DNA of 64,000 nucleotides from the human T2T-CHM13v2.0 reference genome, Homo sapiens, in assembly GCF_009914755.1 (NCBI RefSeq), contig NC_060946.1; one strand, written 5' to 3'. Position numbers and translations under genes: made by a program. Every line of letters begins with the position of its first letter. The stretch's first letter is position 1. The notes below the pieces were generated by a model. That model was given only the letters and a program-made list of their open reading frames with translations, ran no database searches and was not told the origin of the DNA. Positions 39,901-54,900 of this stretch are shown here, in pieces.

Positions 39901-42900
39901 AGAGGTTTTTCAGAAATCTTCTGTCTGGTTTTTAGGTGACGATACTTCCTTTTTCAGCACGGGCCTCAAATATCTCCAAATATCCATTTGCAGATTCTAC
40001 AGAGAGACTTTCCAAACTGCTCAATCAAAAGAAAGGTTCAACACTGTGAGATGAAGGCACACATCACCAAGAAGTTTCTCAGAAACCTTCTGTCTAGTTT
40101 TTAGGTGAAGATACTTCGTATTTCACCACAGGCCATAAAGGGCTCACAAATATCCCTTTGCAGGTTCTACAAAAAGACTGTTTCCAAACGGCTCAATCAA
40201 AGGAGAGGTTCAACTCTGTGACGTGAATGGACACATCACAAACAATTTCTTGGAATGCTTCCGTCTAGTTTTTATGGGAAGATATTTCTCTTTCACCATA
40301 AGCCTCAAACGGATCAGAATTCTCCCTTTGCAGATTGTACGATAAGCCTCTTTCCAATCTGCTCAATCAAAAGAAAGTTTCCACTCGGTGAGGTGAATGC
40401 ACACATCGCAAGGGAGTTTCTCAGAAAGCTTCTGTTTAGTTTTTACGTGAAGATATTTCGTTTTTCACCACGGGCCTCAAAAGCTCTCCAAATATCCATT
40501 TGCAGATTCTAGAAAAAGAGTGTTTCCAAACTCCTCAATCAAAGGATAGTTTCAATTCTGTGAGATGAAAGCACACATCACAACGAAGTTTCTTAGAAAG
40601 CTTCTGTGTAGTTTTTATGTGAAGATACTTCACATTGCATCACAGTACTCAATGGGCTCAGAAATATCCCCTTGCAGATCCTACAAAAGGACTGTTTCAA
40701 AACTGCTCAATCCAAAGAAAGTTTCAACTATGTGAGATGAATGCGCACGTCACGAAGACGTTCCTCAGAATGCTTCTGTCTTGTTTACATGTGAAGAAGA
40801 TTCCTATTTCACCATAGGCAATAAAGGGCTCACAAATATTTTTTGCAGATTCTCCAAAAAGACTGTATCCAAACTGCTCAATAAAAAGAAAGTTTTAACT
40901 CTGTTACATTAATGGACACATCAACAAGTAGTTTCTCAGAAAACTTCTGTGTAGTTTTTATGTGAAGATACTTCCTTTGTCACCATTGGCCTCAAAGCAC
41001 TCCTAATATCCATTTACAGATGTCACAGAAAGAGTGTTTCCAAACTGCTCAATCAAAAGAAAGTGTTTTACTCTGTGAGGTGAAAGCACACATCTCAAAG
41101 AAGTTTCTCCGAAAGCTTCGGTCTAGTTTTCATGTGATGATATTTCCAGTCTCACCATAGGCCTCAAAGGGCTAAGAAATATCCCTTTCCAGATTCTAAA
41201 AGACCACCATTTCCATACTTCTCAATCAAAAGAAAGGTTAAATTCTGTGAGGTTAATGCACACATCAGAATGAAGTTTCTCAGAATTCTCCTGTCTAGTT
41301 TTCACGTGAAGATATTTACTATTTCACTATAGGCTTCAAATGTCTCAAAAATATCCCTTTGCAGATTCTACAAAAATATGCTTTCCAAAGTGCTGAATTA
41401 AAAGAAACCTTCAACTCTGTCAGATGAATGGAGACATCACGAAGAAGTTCCTCAGAATGCTTCTGTCTAGTTTAAATGTGAAGACATTTCTTTTTCACCA
41501 TAGACCTCAAAGGGCTCAGAGTTAGACCTTTGCAGATTGCAGAGAAAGACTGTCTCTAAACTGCTCAAATAAAATAAAGTTTCAACACGGCGAGATGAAC
41601 GCACACATCACAAAGAAGTTCCTCAGAAGGCTTCTGTCTGGTTTTAATGTGAAGATATTTCCTTTTTCACCATAGGCCTTACACCGCTCACGAATATCCT
41701 TCTGCAGATACTATAAAAAGACTGTTTCCAAACTGCTCCATCAAAAGAAAATTTCACCTATCTGAGATGAATGCACACATCATACAGAAGTTCCTCAGAA
41801 TTCTTCTGTCTAGTTTTTATGTGAAGATGTTTCCATTTTCACCTTAGGCCACAAAGCGCCCCAAACATCCGTTTGCAGATGATACGAAAAGACTGTTTCC
41901 AAACTGCTCAATCAAGAGAAATTTTCAACTCTGTGAGATGAAAGCACACATCACAAAAAAGTTTCTCAGAAATCTTCTGTCTCGCTTTTATCTCAAGATG
42001 ATTCCTATTTTGCCATAGGAATCAAGGGGCTCACATATACCCCTTTGCAGATTCTACAAATGTTCTCCTTACAAACTTCTCAATCAAGAGAAACGTTCAA
42101 CATTGTGAGATGAATGAACACATCCCAAAGACGTTTCTCAGGTTGCTTCTGTCTGGTTGCTATGTGAAGATGTTTCCTTTTTCACCATAGTCTTTAAGCC
42201 CCTCAAAAATATCTGTCTGCAGACTCTACCAAAAGACTGTTTCCAAACTGGCCCATATAGCATGTTTCAACTATGTGAAATGAATGCACTCATCAAAAAG
42301 AAGTTTCTCAGGATTCTCCTGTCTAGTTTTTATGTGAAGATATTTCCTTTTTCACCGTAGGCCACAAATTGCTCCAAATATCCATTTGCAGATTCTACAA
42401 AAAGAATGTTCCCAAACTGGTCAATCAAAGGAAAGGCGCAACTCTGTGAGACGAAAGCACACATCACAAAGAAGTTTCTCGGAAAGCCTCTGTCTGCATT
42501 TTATGTGAAGGTATTTCCTTTGGCACCATAGGCCTTAAACCGCTCGCAAATATAACTCCACTTATACTACCAAGAGACTTTCTCCAAATTGCTAAATCTA
42601 AAGAAAGGTTCAAATCTGTGAGATGAATACACACATCAAAAAGAAATTTCTCAAAATGCTTCTGTCTAGTTTTCATGGGAAGATATTTATTTTTCACCGT
42701 TGGCCCCAAACCGCTCAGAAATATCCCTTTGCAGTTTGTAGAAAAAGACTGCTTCCAAACTGCTCAATGAAAGGAAATGGTCAACTATTAGAGATGAATG
42801 GAAATGTCACAAAGAGTTTTCTCAAAAAGCTACTGTGTCGTTTTTATGTGAAGACATTGCCTTTGGCACCCTAGGCCTTAAAACTCTCTCAATACACATT

Positions 42901-45900
42901 CACAGATTCTACAAAAAGACTGATTCCAAACTGCTCAATCAGAAGAAGGGTTCAATTCCGTGTGACAAACGTGCACATCACCAAGGAATTTGTCAGAAAG
43001 CTTCTGTCTACTTTTTATGTGAAGATATTTCATATTTCTACAAAGGCCATAAAGGGCTCACAAATATCCCTTCGCAGATTCTAAGAAAAGACGTTTTCCA
43101 AACTCCTCAATCAAAAGAAAGGTTTAACTCTGTGTGATGAATGGACACATCATGAAGAAGTTTCTCAGAAAGCTTCTGTCTAGTTTTTCTGTGAAGATAT
43201 TTCTTTTTCACCATAGGCCTCAAGCAGCTAAGAAATTTCCCTCTGCAGCTTCTACCAAAGACTGTTTCCAAACTGCTCAACTGAAAGAAAGGTTGAATTC
43301 TGTGACATGAATTCACACATCACAAAGAGGTTTTTCAGAAATCTTCTGTCTGGTTTTTAGGTGACGATACTTCCTTTTTCAGCACGGGCCTCAAATATCT
43401 CCAAATATCCATTTGCAGATTCTACAGAGAGACTTTCCAAACTGCTCAATCAAAAGAAAGGTTCAACACTGTGAGATGAAGGCACACATCACCAAGAAGT
43501 TTCTCAGAAACCTTCTGTCTAGTTTTTAGGTGAAGATACTTCGTATTTCACCACAGGCCATAAAGGGCTCACAAATATCCCTTTGCAGGTTCTACAAAAA
43601 GACTGTTTCCAAACGGCTCAATCAAAGGAGAGGTTCAACTCTGTGACGTGAATGGACACATCACAAACAATTTCTTGGAATGCTTCCGTCTAGTTTTTAT
43701 GGGAAGATATTTCTCTTTCACCATAAGCCTCAAACGGATCAGAATTCTCCCTTTGCAGATTGTACGATAAGCCTCTTTCCAATCTGCTCAATCAAAAGAA
43801 AGTTTCCACTCGGTGAGGTGAATGCACACATCGCAAGGGAGTTTCTCAGAAAGCTTCTGTTTAGTTTTTACGTGAAGATATTTCGTTTTTCACCACGGGC
43901 CTCAAAAGCTCTCCAAATATCCATTTGCAGATTCTAGAAAAAGAGTGTTTCCAAACTCCTCAATCAAAGGATAGTTTCAATTCTGTGAGATGAAAGCACA
44001 CATCACAACGAAGTTTCTTAGAAAGCTTCTGTGTAGTTTTTATGTGAAGATACTTCACATTGCATCACAGTACTCAATGGGCTCAGAAATATCCCCTTGC
44101 AGATCCTACAAAAGGACTGTTTCAAAACTGCTCAATCCAAAGAAAGTTTCAACTATGTGAGATGAATGCGCACGTCACGAAGACGTTCCTCAGAATGCTT
44201 CTGTCTTGTTTACATGTGAAGAAGATTCCTATTTCACCATAGGCAATAAAGGGCTCACAAATATTTTTTGCAGATTCTCCAAAAAGACTGTATCCAAACT
44301 GCTCAATAAAAAGAAAGTTTTAACTCTGTTACATTAATGGACACATCAACAAGTAGTTTCTCAGAAAACTTCTGTGTAGTTTTTATGTGAAGATACTTCC
44401 TTTGTCACCATTGGCCTCAAAGCACTCCTAATATCCATTTACAGATGTCACAGAAAGAGTGTTTCCAAACTGCTCAATCAAAAGAAAGTGTTTTACTCTG
44501 TGAGGTGAAAGCACACATCTCAAAGAAGTTTCTCCGAAAGCTTCGGTCTAGTTTTCATGTGATGATATTTCCAGTCTCACCATAGGCCTCAAAGGGCTAA
44601 GAAATATCCCTTTCCAGATTCTAAAAGACCACCATTTCCATACTTCTCAATCAAAAGAAAGGTTAAATTCTGTGAGGTTAATGCACACATCAGAATGAAG
44701 TTTCTCAGAATTCTCCTGTCTAGTTTTCACGTGAAGATATTTACTATTTCACTATAGGCTTCAAATGTCTCAAAAATATCCCTTTGCAGATTCTACAAAA
44801 ATATGCTTTCCAAAGTGCTGAATTAAAAGAAACCTTCAACTCTGTCAGATGAATGGAGACATCACGAAGAAGTTCCTCAGAATGCTTCTGTCTAGTTTAA
44901 ATGTGAAGACATTTCTTTTTCACCATAGACCTCAAAGGGCTCAGAGTTAGACCTTTGCAGATTGCAGAGAAAGACTGTCTCTAAACTGCTCAAATAAAAT
45001 AAAGTTTCAACACGGCGAGATGAACGCACACATCACAAAGAAGTTCCTCAGAAGGCTTCTGTCTGGTTTTAATGTGAAGATATTTCCTTTTTCACCATAG
45101 GCCTTACACCGCTCACGAATATCCTTCTGCAGATACTATAAAAAGACTGTTTCCAAACTGCTCCATCAAAAGAAAATTTCACCTATCTGAGATGAATGCA
45201 CACATCATACAGAAGTTCCTCAGAATTCTTCTGTCTAGTTTTTATGTGAAGATGTTTCCATTTTCACCTTAGGCCACAAAGCGCCCCAAACATCCGTTTG
45301 CAGATGATACGAAAAGACTGTTTCCAAACTGCTCAATCAAGAGAAATTTTCAACTCTGTGAGATGAAAGCACACATCACAAAAAAGTTTCTCAGAAATCT
45401 TCTGTCTCGCTTTTATCTCAAGATGATTCCTATTTTGCCATAGGAATCAAGGGGCTCACATATACCCCTTTGCAGATTCTACAAATGTTCTCCTTACAAA
45501 CTTCTCAATCAAGAGAAACGTTCAACATTGTGAGATGAATGAACACATCCCAAAGACGTTTCTCAGGTTGCTTCTGTCTGGTTGCTATGTGAAGATGTTT
45601 CCTTTTTCACCATAGTCTTTAAGCCCCTCAAAAATATCTGTCTGCAGACTCTACCAAAAGACTGTTTCCAAACTGGCCCATATAGCATGTTTCAACTATG
45701 TGAAATGAATGCACTCATCAAAAAGAAGTTTCTCAGGATTCTCCTGTCTAGTTTTTATGTGAAGATATTTCCTTTTTCACCGTAGGCCACAAATTGCTCC
45801 AAATATCCATTTGCAGATTCTACAAAAAGAATGTTCCCAAACTGGTCAATCAAAGGAAAGGCGCAACTCTGTGAGACGAAAGCACACATCACAAAGAAGT

Positions 45901-48900
45901 TTCTCGGAAAGCCTCTGTCTGCATTTTATGTGAAGGTATTTCCTTTGGCACCATAGGCCTTAAACCGCTCGCAAATATAACTCCACTTATACTACCAAGA
46001 GACTTTCTCCAAATTGCTAAATCTAAAGAAAGGTTCAAATCTGTGAGATGAATACACACATCAAAAAGAAGTTTCTCAAAATGCTTCTGTCTAGTTTTCA
46101 TGGGAAGATATTTATTTTTCACCGTTGGCCCCAAACCGCTCAGAAATATCCCTTTGCAGTTTGTAGAAAAAGACTGCTTCCAAACTGCTCAATGAAAGGA
46201 AATGGTCAACTATTAGAGATGAATGGAAATGTCACAAAGAGTTTTCTCAAAAAGCTACTGTGTCGTTTTTATGTGAAGACATTGCCTTTGGCACCCTAGG
46301 CCTTAAAACTCTCTCAATACACATTCACAGATTCTACAAAAAGACTGATTCCAAACTGCTCAATCAGAAGAAGGGTTCAATTCCGTGTGACAAACGTGCA
46401 CATCACCAAGGAATTTGTCAGAAAGCTTCTGTCTACTTTTTATGTGAAGATATTTCATATTTCTACAAAGGCCATAAAGGGCTCACAAATATCCCTTCGC
46501 AGATTCTAAGAAAAGACGTTTTCCAAACTCCTCAATCAAAAGAAAGGTTTAACTCTGTGTGATGAATGGACACATCATGAAGAAGTTTCTCAGAAAGCTT
46601 CTGTCTAGTTTTTCTGTGAAGATATTTCTTTTTCACCATAGGCCTCAAGCAGCTAAGAAATTTCCCTCTGCAGCTTCTACCAAAGACTGTTTCCAAACTG
46701 CTCAACTGAAAGAAAGGTTGAATTCTGTGACATGAATTCACACATCACAAAGAGGTTTTTCAGAAATCTTCTGTCTGGTTTTTAGGTGACGATACTTCCT
46801 TTTTCAGCACGGGCCTCAAATATCTCCAAATATCCATTTGCAGATTCTACAGAGAGACTTTCCAAACTGCTCAATCAAAAGAAAGGTTCAACACTGTGAG
46901 ATGAAGGCACACATCACCAAGAAGTTTCTCAGAAACCTTCTGTCTAGTTTTTAGGTGAAGATACTTCGTATTTCACCACAGGCCATAAAGGGCTCACAAA
47001 TATCCCTTTGCAGGTTCTACAAAAAGACTGTTTCCAAACGGCTCAATCAAAGGAGAGGTTCAACTCTGTGACGTGAATGGACACATCACAAACAATTTCT
47101 TGGAATGCTTCCGTCTAGTTTTTATGGGAAGATATTTCTCTTTCACCATAAGCCTCAAACGGATCAGAATTCTCCCTTTGCAGATTGTACGATAAGCCTC
47201 TTTCCAATCTGCTCAATCAAAAGAAAGTTTCCACTCGGTGAGGTGAATGCACACATCGCAAGGGAGTTTCTCAGAAAGCTTCTGTTTAGTTTTTACGTGA
47301 AGATATTTCGTTTTTCACCACGGGCCTCAAAAGCTCTCCAAATATCCATTTGCAGATTCTAGAAAAAGAGTGTTTCCAAACTCCTCAATCAAAGGATAGT
47401 TTCAATTCTGTGAGATGAAAGCACACATCACAACGAAGTTTCTTAGAAAGCTTCTGTGTAGTTTTTATGTGAAGATACTTCACATTGCATCACAGTACTC
47501 AATGGGCTCAGAAATATCCCCTTGCAGATCCTACAAAAGGACTGTTTCAAAACTGCTCAATCCAAAGAAAGTTTCAACTATGTGAGATGAATGCGCACGT
47601 CACGAAGACGTTCCTCAGAATGCTTCTGTCTTGTTTACATGTGAAGAAGATTCCTATTTCACCATAGGCAATAAAGGGCTCACAAATATTTTTTGCAGAT
47701 TCTCCAAAAAGACTGTATCCAAACTGCTCAATAAAAAGAAAGTTTTAACTCTGTTACATTAATGGACACATCAACAAGTAGTTTCTCAGAAAACTTCTGT
47801 GTAGTTTTTATGTGAAGATACTTCCTTTGTCACCATTGGCCTCAAAGCACTCCTAATATCCATTTACAGATGTCACAGAAAGAGTGTTTCCAAACTGCTC
47901 AATCAAAAGAAAGTGTTTTACTCTGTGAGGTGAAAGCACACATCTCAAAGAAGTTTCTCCGAAAGCTTCGGTCTAGTTTTCATGTGATGATATTTCCAGT
48001 CTCACCATAGGCCTCAAAGGGCTAAGAAATATCCCTTTCCAGATTCTAAAAGACCACCATTTCCATACTTCTCAATCAAAAGAAAGGTTAAATTCTGTGA
48101 GGTTAATGCACACATCAGAATGAAGTTTCTCAGAATTCTCCTGTCTAGTTTTCACGTGAAGATATTTACTATTTCACTATAGGCTTCAAATGTCTCAAAA
48201 ATATCCCTTTGCAGATTCTACAAAAATATGCTTTCCAAAGTGCTGAATTAAAAGAAACCTTCAACTCTGTCAGATGAATGGAGACATCACGAAGAAGTTC
48301 CTCAGAATGCTTCTGTCTAGTTTAAATGTGAAGACATTTCTTTTTCACCATAGACCTCAAAGGGCTCAGAGTTAGACCTTTGCAGATTGCAGAGAAAGAC
48401 TGTCTCTAAACTGCTCAAATAAAATAAAGTTTCAACACGGCGAGATGAACGCACACATCACAAAGAAGTTCCTCAGAAGGCTTCTGTCTGGTTTTAATGT
48501 GAAGATATTTCCTTTTTCACCATAGGCCTTACACCGCTCACGAATATCCTTCTGCAGATACTATAAAAAGACTGTTTCCAAACTGCTCCATCAAAAGAAA
48601 ATTTCACCTATCTGAGATGAATGCACACATCATACAGAAGTTCCTCAGAATTCTTCTGTCTAGTTTTTATGTGAAGATGTTTCCATTTTCACCTTAGGCC
48701 ACAAAGCGCCCCAAACATCCGTTTGCAGATGATACGAAAAGACTGTTTCCAAACTGCTCAATCAAGAGAAATTTTCAACTCTGTGAGATGAAAGCACACA
48801 TCACAAAAAAGTTTCTCAGAAATCTTCTGTCTCGCTTTTATCTCAAGATGATTCCTATTTTGCCATAGGAATCAAGGGGCTCACATATACCCCTTTGCAG

Positions 48901-51900
48901 ATTCTACAAATGTTCTCCTTACAAACTTCTCAATCAAGAGAAACGTTCAACATTGTGAGATGAATGAACACATCCCAAAGACGTTTCTCAGGTTGCTTCT
49001 GTCTGGTTGCTATGTGAAGATGTTTCCTTTTTCACCATAGTCTTTAAGCCCCTCAAAAATATCTGTCTGCAGACTCTACCAAAAGACTGTTTCCAAACTG
49101 GCCCATATAGCATGTTTCAACTATGTGAAATGAATGCACTCATCAAAAAGAAGTTTCTCAGGATTCTCCTGTCTAGTTTTTATGTGAAGATATTTCCTTT
49201 TTCACCGTAGGCCACAAATTGCTCCAAATATCCATTTGCAGATTCTACAAAAAGAATGTTCCCAAACTGGTCAATCAAAAGAAAGGCGCAACTCTGTGAG
49301 ACGAAAGCACACATCACAAAGAAGTTTCTCGGAAAGCCTCTGTCTGCATTTTATGTGAAGGTATTTCCTTTGGCACCATAGGCCTTAAACCGCTCGCAAA
49401 TATAACTCCACTTATACTACCAAGAGACTTTCTCCAAATTGCTAAATCTAAAGAAAGGTTCAAATCTGTGAGATGAATACACACATCAAAAAGAAGTTTC
49501 TCAAAATGCTTCTGTCTAGTTTTCATGGGAAGATATTTATTTTTCACCGTTGGCCCCAAACCGCTCAGAAATATCCCTTTGCAGTTTGTAGAAAAAGACT
49601 GCTTCCAAACTGCTCAATGAAAGGAAATGGTCAACTATTAGAGATGAATGGAAATGTCACAAAGAGTTTTCTCAAAAAGCTACTGTGTCGTTTTTATGTG
49701 AAGACATTGCCTTTGGCACCCTAGGCCTTAAAACTCTCTCAATACACATTCACAGATTCTACAAAAAGACTGATTCCAAACTGCTCAATCAGAAGAAGGG
49801 TTCAATTCCGTGTGACAAACGTGCACATCACCAAGGAATTTGTCAGAAAGCTTCTGTCTACTTTTTATGTGAAGATATTTCATATTTCAACAAAGGCCAT
49901 AAAGAGCTCACAAATATCCCTTCGCAGATTCTAAGAAAAGACGTTTTCCAAACTCCTCAATCAAAAGAAAGGTTTAACTCTGTGTGATGAATGGACACAT
50001 CATGAAGAAGTTTCTCAGAAAGCTTCTGTCTAGTTTTTCTGTGAAGATATTTCTTTTTCACCATAGGCCTCAAGCAGCTAAGAAATTTCCCTCTGCAGCT
50101 TCTACCAAAGACTGTTTCCAAAATGCTCAACTGAAAGAAAGGTTGAATTCTGTGACATGAATTCACACATCACAAAGAGGTTTTTCAGAAATCTTCTGTC
50201 TGGTTTTTAGGTGACGATACTTCCTTTTTCAGCACGGGCCTCAAATATCTCCAAATATCCATTTGCAGATTCTACAGAGAGACTTTCCAAACTGCTCAAT
50301 CAAAAGAAAGGTTCAACACTGTGAGATGAAGGCACACATCACCAAGAAGTTTCTCAGAAACCTTCTGTCTAGTTTTTAGGTGAAGATACTTCGTATTTCA
50401 CCACAGGCCATAAAGGGCTCACAAATATCCCTTTGCAGGTTCTACAAAAAGACTGTTTCCAAACGGCTCAATCAAAGGAGAGGTTCAACTCTGTGACGTG
50501 AATGGACACATCACAAACAATTTCTTGGAATGCTTCCGTCTAGTTTTTATGGGAAGATATTTCTCTTTCACCATAAGCCTCAAACGGATCAGAATTCTCC
50601 CTTTGCAGATTGTACGATAAGCCTCTTTCCAATCTGCTCAATCAAAAGAAAGTTTCCACTCGGTGAGGTGAATGCACACATCGCAAGGGAGTTTCTCAGA
50701 AAGCTTCTGTTTAGTTTTTACGTGAAGATATTTCGTTTTTCACCACGGGCCTCAAAAGCTCTCCAAATATCCATTTGCAGATTCTAGAAAAAGAGTGTTT
50801 CCAAACTCCTCAATCAAAGGATAGTTTCAATTCTGTGAGATGAAAGCACACATCACAACGAAGTTTCTTAGAAAGCTTCTGTGTAGTTTTTATGTGAAGA
50901 TACTTCACATTGCATCACAGTACTCAATGGTCTCAGAAATATCCCCTTGCAGATCCTACAAAAGGACTGTTTCAAAACTGCTCAATCCAAAGAAAGTTTC
51001 AACTATGTGAGATGAATGCGCACGTCACGAAGACGTTCCTCAGAATGCTTCTGTCTTGTTTACATGTGAAGAAGATTCCTATTTCACCATAGGCAATAAA
51101 GGGCTCACAAATATTTTTTGCAGATTCTCCAAAAAGACTGTATCCAAACTGCTCAATAAAAAGAAAGTTTTAACTCTGTTACATTAATGGACACATCAAC
51201 AAGTAGTTTCTCAGAAAACTTCTGTGTAGTTTTTATGTGAAGATACTTCCTTTGTCACCATTGGCCTCAAAGCACTCCTAATATCCATTTACAGATGTCA
51301 CAGAAAGAGTGTTTCCAAACTGCTCAATCAAAAGAAAGTGTTTTACTCTGTGAGGTGAAAGCACACATCTCAAAGAAGTTTCTCCGAAAGCTTCGGTCTA
51401 GTTTTCATGTGATGATATTTCCAGTCTCACCATAGGCCTCAAAGGGCTAAGAAATATCCCTTTCCAGATTCTAAAAGACCACCATTTCCATACTTCTCAA
51501 TCAAAAGAAAGGTTAAATTCTGTGAGGTTAATGCACACATCAGAATGAAGTTTCTCAGAATTCTCCTGTCTAGTTTTCACGTGAAGATATTTACTATTTC
51601 ACTATAGGCTTCAAATGTCTCAAAAATATCCCTTTGCAGATTCTACAAAAATATGCTTTCCAAAGTGCTGAATTAAAAGAAACCTTCAACTCTGTCAGAT
51701 GAATGGAGACATCACGAAGAAGTTCCTCAGAATGCTTCTGTCTAGTTTAAATGTGAAGACATTTCTTTTTCACCATAGACCTCAAAGGGCTCAGAGTTAG
51801 ACCTTTGCAGATTGCAGAGAAAGACTGTCTCTAAACTGCTCAAATAAAATAAAGTTTCAACACGGCGAGATGAACGCACACATCACAAAGAAGTTCCTCA

Positions 51901-54900
51901 GAAGGATTCTGTCTGGTTTTAATGTGAAGATATTTCCTTTTTCACCATAGGCCTTACACCGCTCACGAATATCCTTCTGCAGATACTATAAAAAGACTGT
52001 TTCCAAACTGCTCCATCAAAAGAAAATTTCACCTATCTGAGATGAATGCACACATCATACAGAAGTTCCTCAGAATTCTTCTGTCTAGTTTTTATGTGAA
52101 GATGTTTCCATTTTCACCTTAGGCCACAAAGCGCCCCAAACATCCGTTTGCAGATGATACGAAAAGACTGTTTCCAAACTGCTCAATCAAGAGAAATTTT
52201 CAACTCTGTGAGATGAAAGCACACATCACAAAAAAGTTTCTCAGAAATCTTCTGTCTCGCTTTTATCTCAAGATGATTCCTATTTTGCCATAGGAATCAA
52301 GGGGCTCACATATACCCCTTTGCAGATTCTACAAATGTTCTCCTTACAAACTTCTCAATCAAGAGAAACGTTCAACATTGTGAGATGAATGAACACATCC
52401 CAAAGACGTTTCTCAGGTTGCTTCTGTCTGGTTGCTATGTGAAGATGTTTCCTTTTTCACCATAGTCTTTAAGCCCCTCAAAAATATCTGTCTGCAGACT
52501 CTACCAAAAGACTGTTTCCAAACTGGCCCATATAGCATGTTTCAACTATGTGAAATGAATGCACTCATCAAAAAGAAGTTTCTCAGGATTCTCCTGTCTA
52601 GTTTTTATGTGAAGATATTTCCTTTTTCACCGTAGGCCACAAATTGCTCCAAATATCCATTTGCAGATTCTACAAAAAGAATGTTCCCAAACTGGTCAAT
52701 CAAAAGAAAGGCGCAACTCTGTGAGACGAAAGCACACATCACAAAGAAGTTTCTCGGAAAGCCTCTGTCTGCATTTTATGTGAAGGTATTTCCTTTGGCA
52801 CCATAGGCCTTAAACCGCTCGCAAATATAACTCCACTTATACTACCAAGAGACTTTCTCCAAATTGCTAAATCTAAAGAAAGGTTCAAATCTGTGAGATG
52901 AATACACACATCAAAAAGAAGTTTCTCAAAATGCTTCTGTCTAGTTTTCATGGGAAGATATTTATTTTTCACCGTTGGCCCCAAACCGCTCAGAAATATC
53001 CCTTTGCAGTTTGTAGAAAAAGACTGCTTCCAAACTGCTCAATGAAAGGAAATGGTCAACTATTAGAGATGAATGGAAATGTCACAAAGAGTTTTCTCAA
53101 AAAGCTACTGTGTCGTTTTTATGTGAAGACATTGCCTTTGGCACCCTAGGCCTTAAAACTCTCTCAATACACATTCACAGATTCTACAAAAAGACTGATT
53201 CCAAACTGCTCAATCAGAAGAAGGGTTCAATTCCGTGTGACAAACGTGCACATCACCAAGGAATTTGTCAGAAAGCTTCTGTCTACTTTTTATGTGAAGA
53301 TATTTCATATTTCAACAAAGGCCATAAAGAGCTCACAAATATCCCTTCGCAGATTCTAAGAAAAGACGTTTTCCAAACTCCTCAATCAAAAGAAAGGTTT
53401 AACTCTGTGTGATGAATGGACACATCATGAAGAAGTTTCTCAGAAAGCTTCTGTCTAGTTTTTCTGTGAAGATATTTCTTTTTCACCATAGGCCTCAAGC
53501 AGCTAAGAAATTTCCCTCTGCAGCTTCTACCAAAGACTGTTTCCAAACTGCTCAACTGAAAGAAAGGTTGAATTCTGTGACATGAATTCACACATCACAA
53601 AGAGGTTTTTCAGAAATCTTCTGTCTGGTTTTTAGGTGACGATACTTCCTTTTTCAGCACGGGCCTCAAATATCTCCAAATATCCATTTGCAGATTCTAC
53701 AGAGAGACTTTCCAAACTGCTCAATCAAAAGAAAGGTTCAACACTGTGAGATGAAGGCACACATCACCAAGAAGTTTCTCAGAAACCTTCTGTCTAGTTT
53801 TTAGGTGAAGATACTTCGTATTTCACCACAGGCCATAAAGGGCTCACAAATATCCCTTTGCAGGTTCTACAAAAAGACTGTTTCCAAACGGCTCAATCAA
53901 AGGAGAGGTTCAACTCTGTGACGTGAATGGACACATCACAAACAATTTCTTGGAATGCTTCCGTCTAGTTTTTATGGGAAGATATTTCTCTTTCACCATA
54001 AGCCTCAAACGGATCAGAATTCTCCCTTTGCAGATTGTACGATAAGCCTCTTTCCAATCTGCTCAATCAAAAGAAAGTTTCCACTCGGTGAGGTGAATGC
54101 ACACATCGCAAGGGAGTTTCTCAGAAAGCTTCTGTTTAGTTTTTACGTGAAGATATTTCGTTTTTCACCACGGGCCTCAAAAGCTCTCCAAATATCCATT
54201 TGCAGATTCTAGAAAAAGAGTGTTTCCAAACTCCTCAATCAAAGGATAGTTTCAATTCTGTGAGATGAAAGCACACATCACAACGAAGTTTCTTAGAAAG
54301 CTTCTGTGTAGTTTTTATGTGAAGATACTTCACATTGCATCACAGTACTCAATGGTCTCAGAAACATCCCCTTGCAGATCCTACAAAAGGACTGTTTCAA
54401 AACTGCTCAATCCAAAGAAAGTTTCAACTATGTGAGATGAATGCGCACGTCACGAAGATGTTCCTCAGAATGCTTCTGTCTTGTTTACATGTGAAGAAGA
54501 TTCCTATTTCACCATAGGCAATAAAGGGCTCACAAATATTTTTTGCAGATTCTCCAAAAAGACTGTATCCAAACTGCTCAATAAAAAGAAAGTTTTAACT
54601 CTGTTACATTAATGGACACATCAACAAGTAGTTTCTCAGAAAACTTCTGTGTAGTTTTTATGTGGAGATACTTCCTTTGTCACCATTGGCCTCAAAGCAC
54701 TCCTAATATCCATTTACAGATGTCACAGAAAGAGTGTTTCCAAACTGCTCAATCAAAAGAAAGTGTTTTACTCTGTGAGGTGAAAGCACACATCTCAAAG
54801 AAGTTTCTCCGAAAGCTTCGGTCTAGTTTTCATGTGATGATATTTCCAGTCTCACCATAGGCCTCAAAGGGCTAAGAAATATCCCTTTCCAGATTCTAAA

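Noticed and set aside
54612-54860. Unique 82-aa ORF present in only one copy
   Set aside because: A single A>G near 54665 (tga to tgg) removes a stop codon. It is a chance read-through in satellite DNA.
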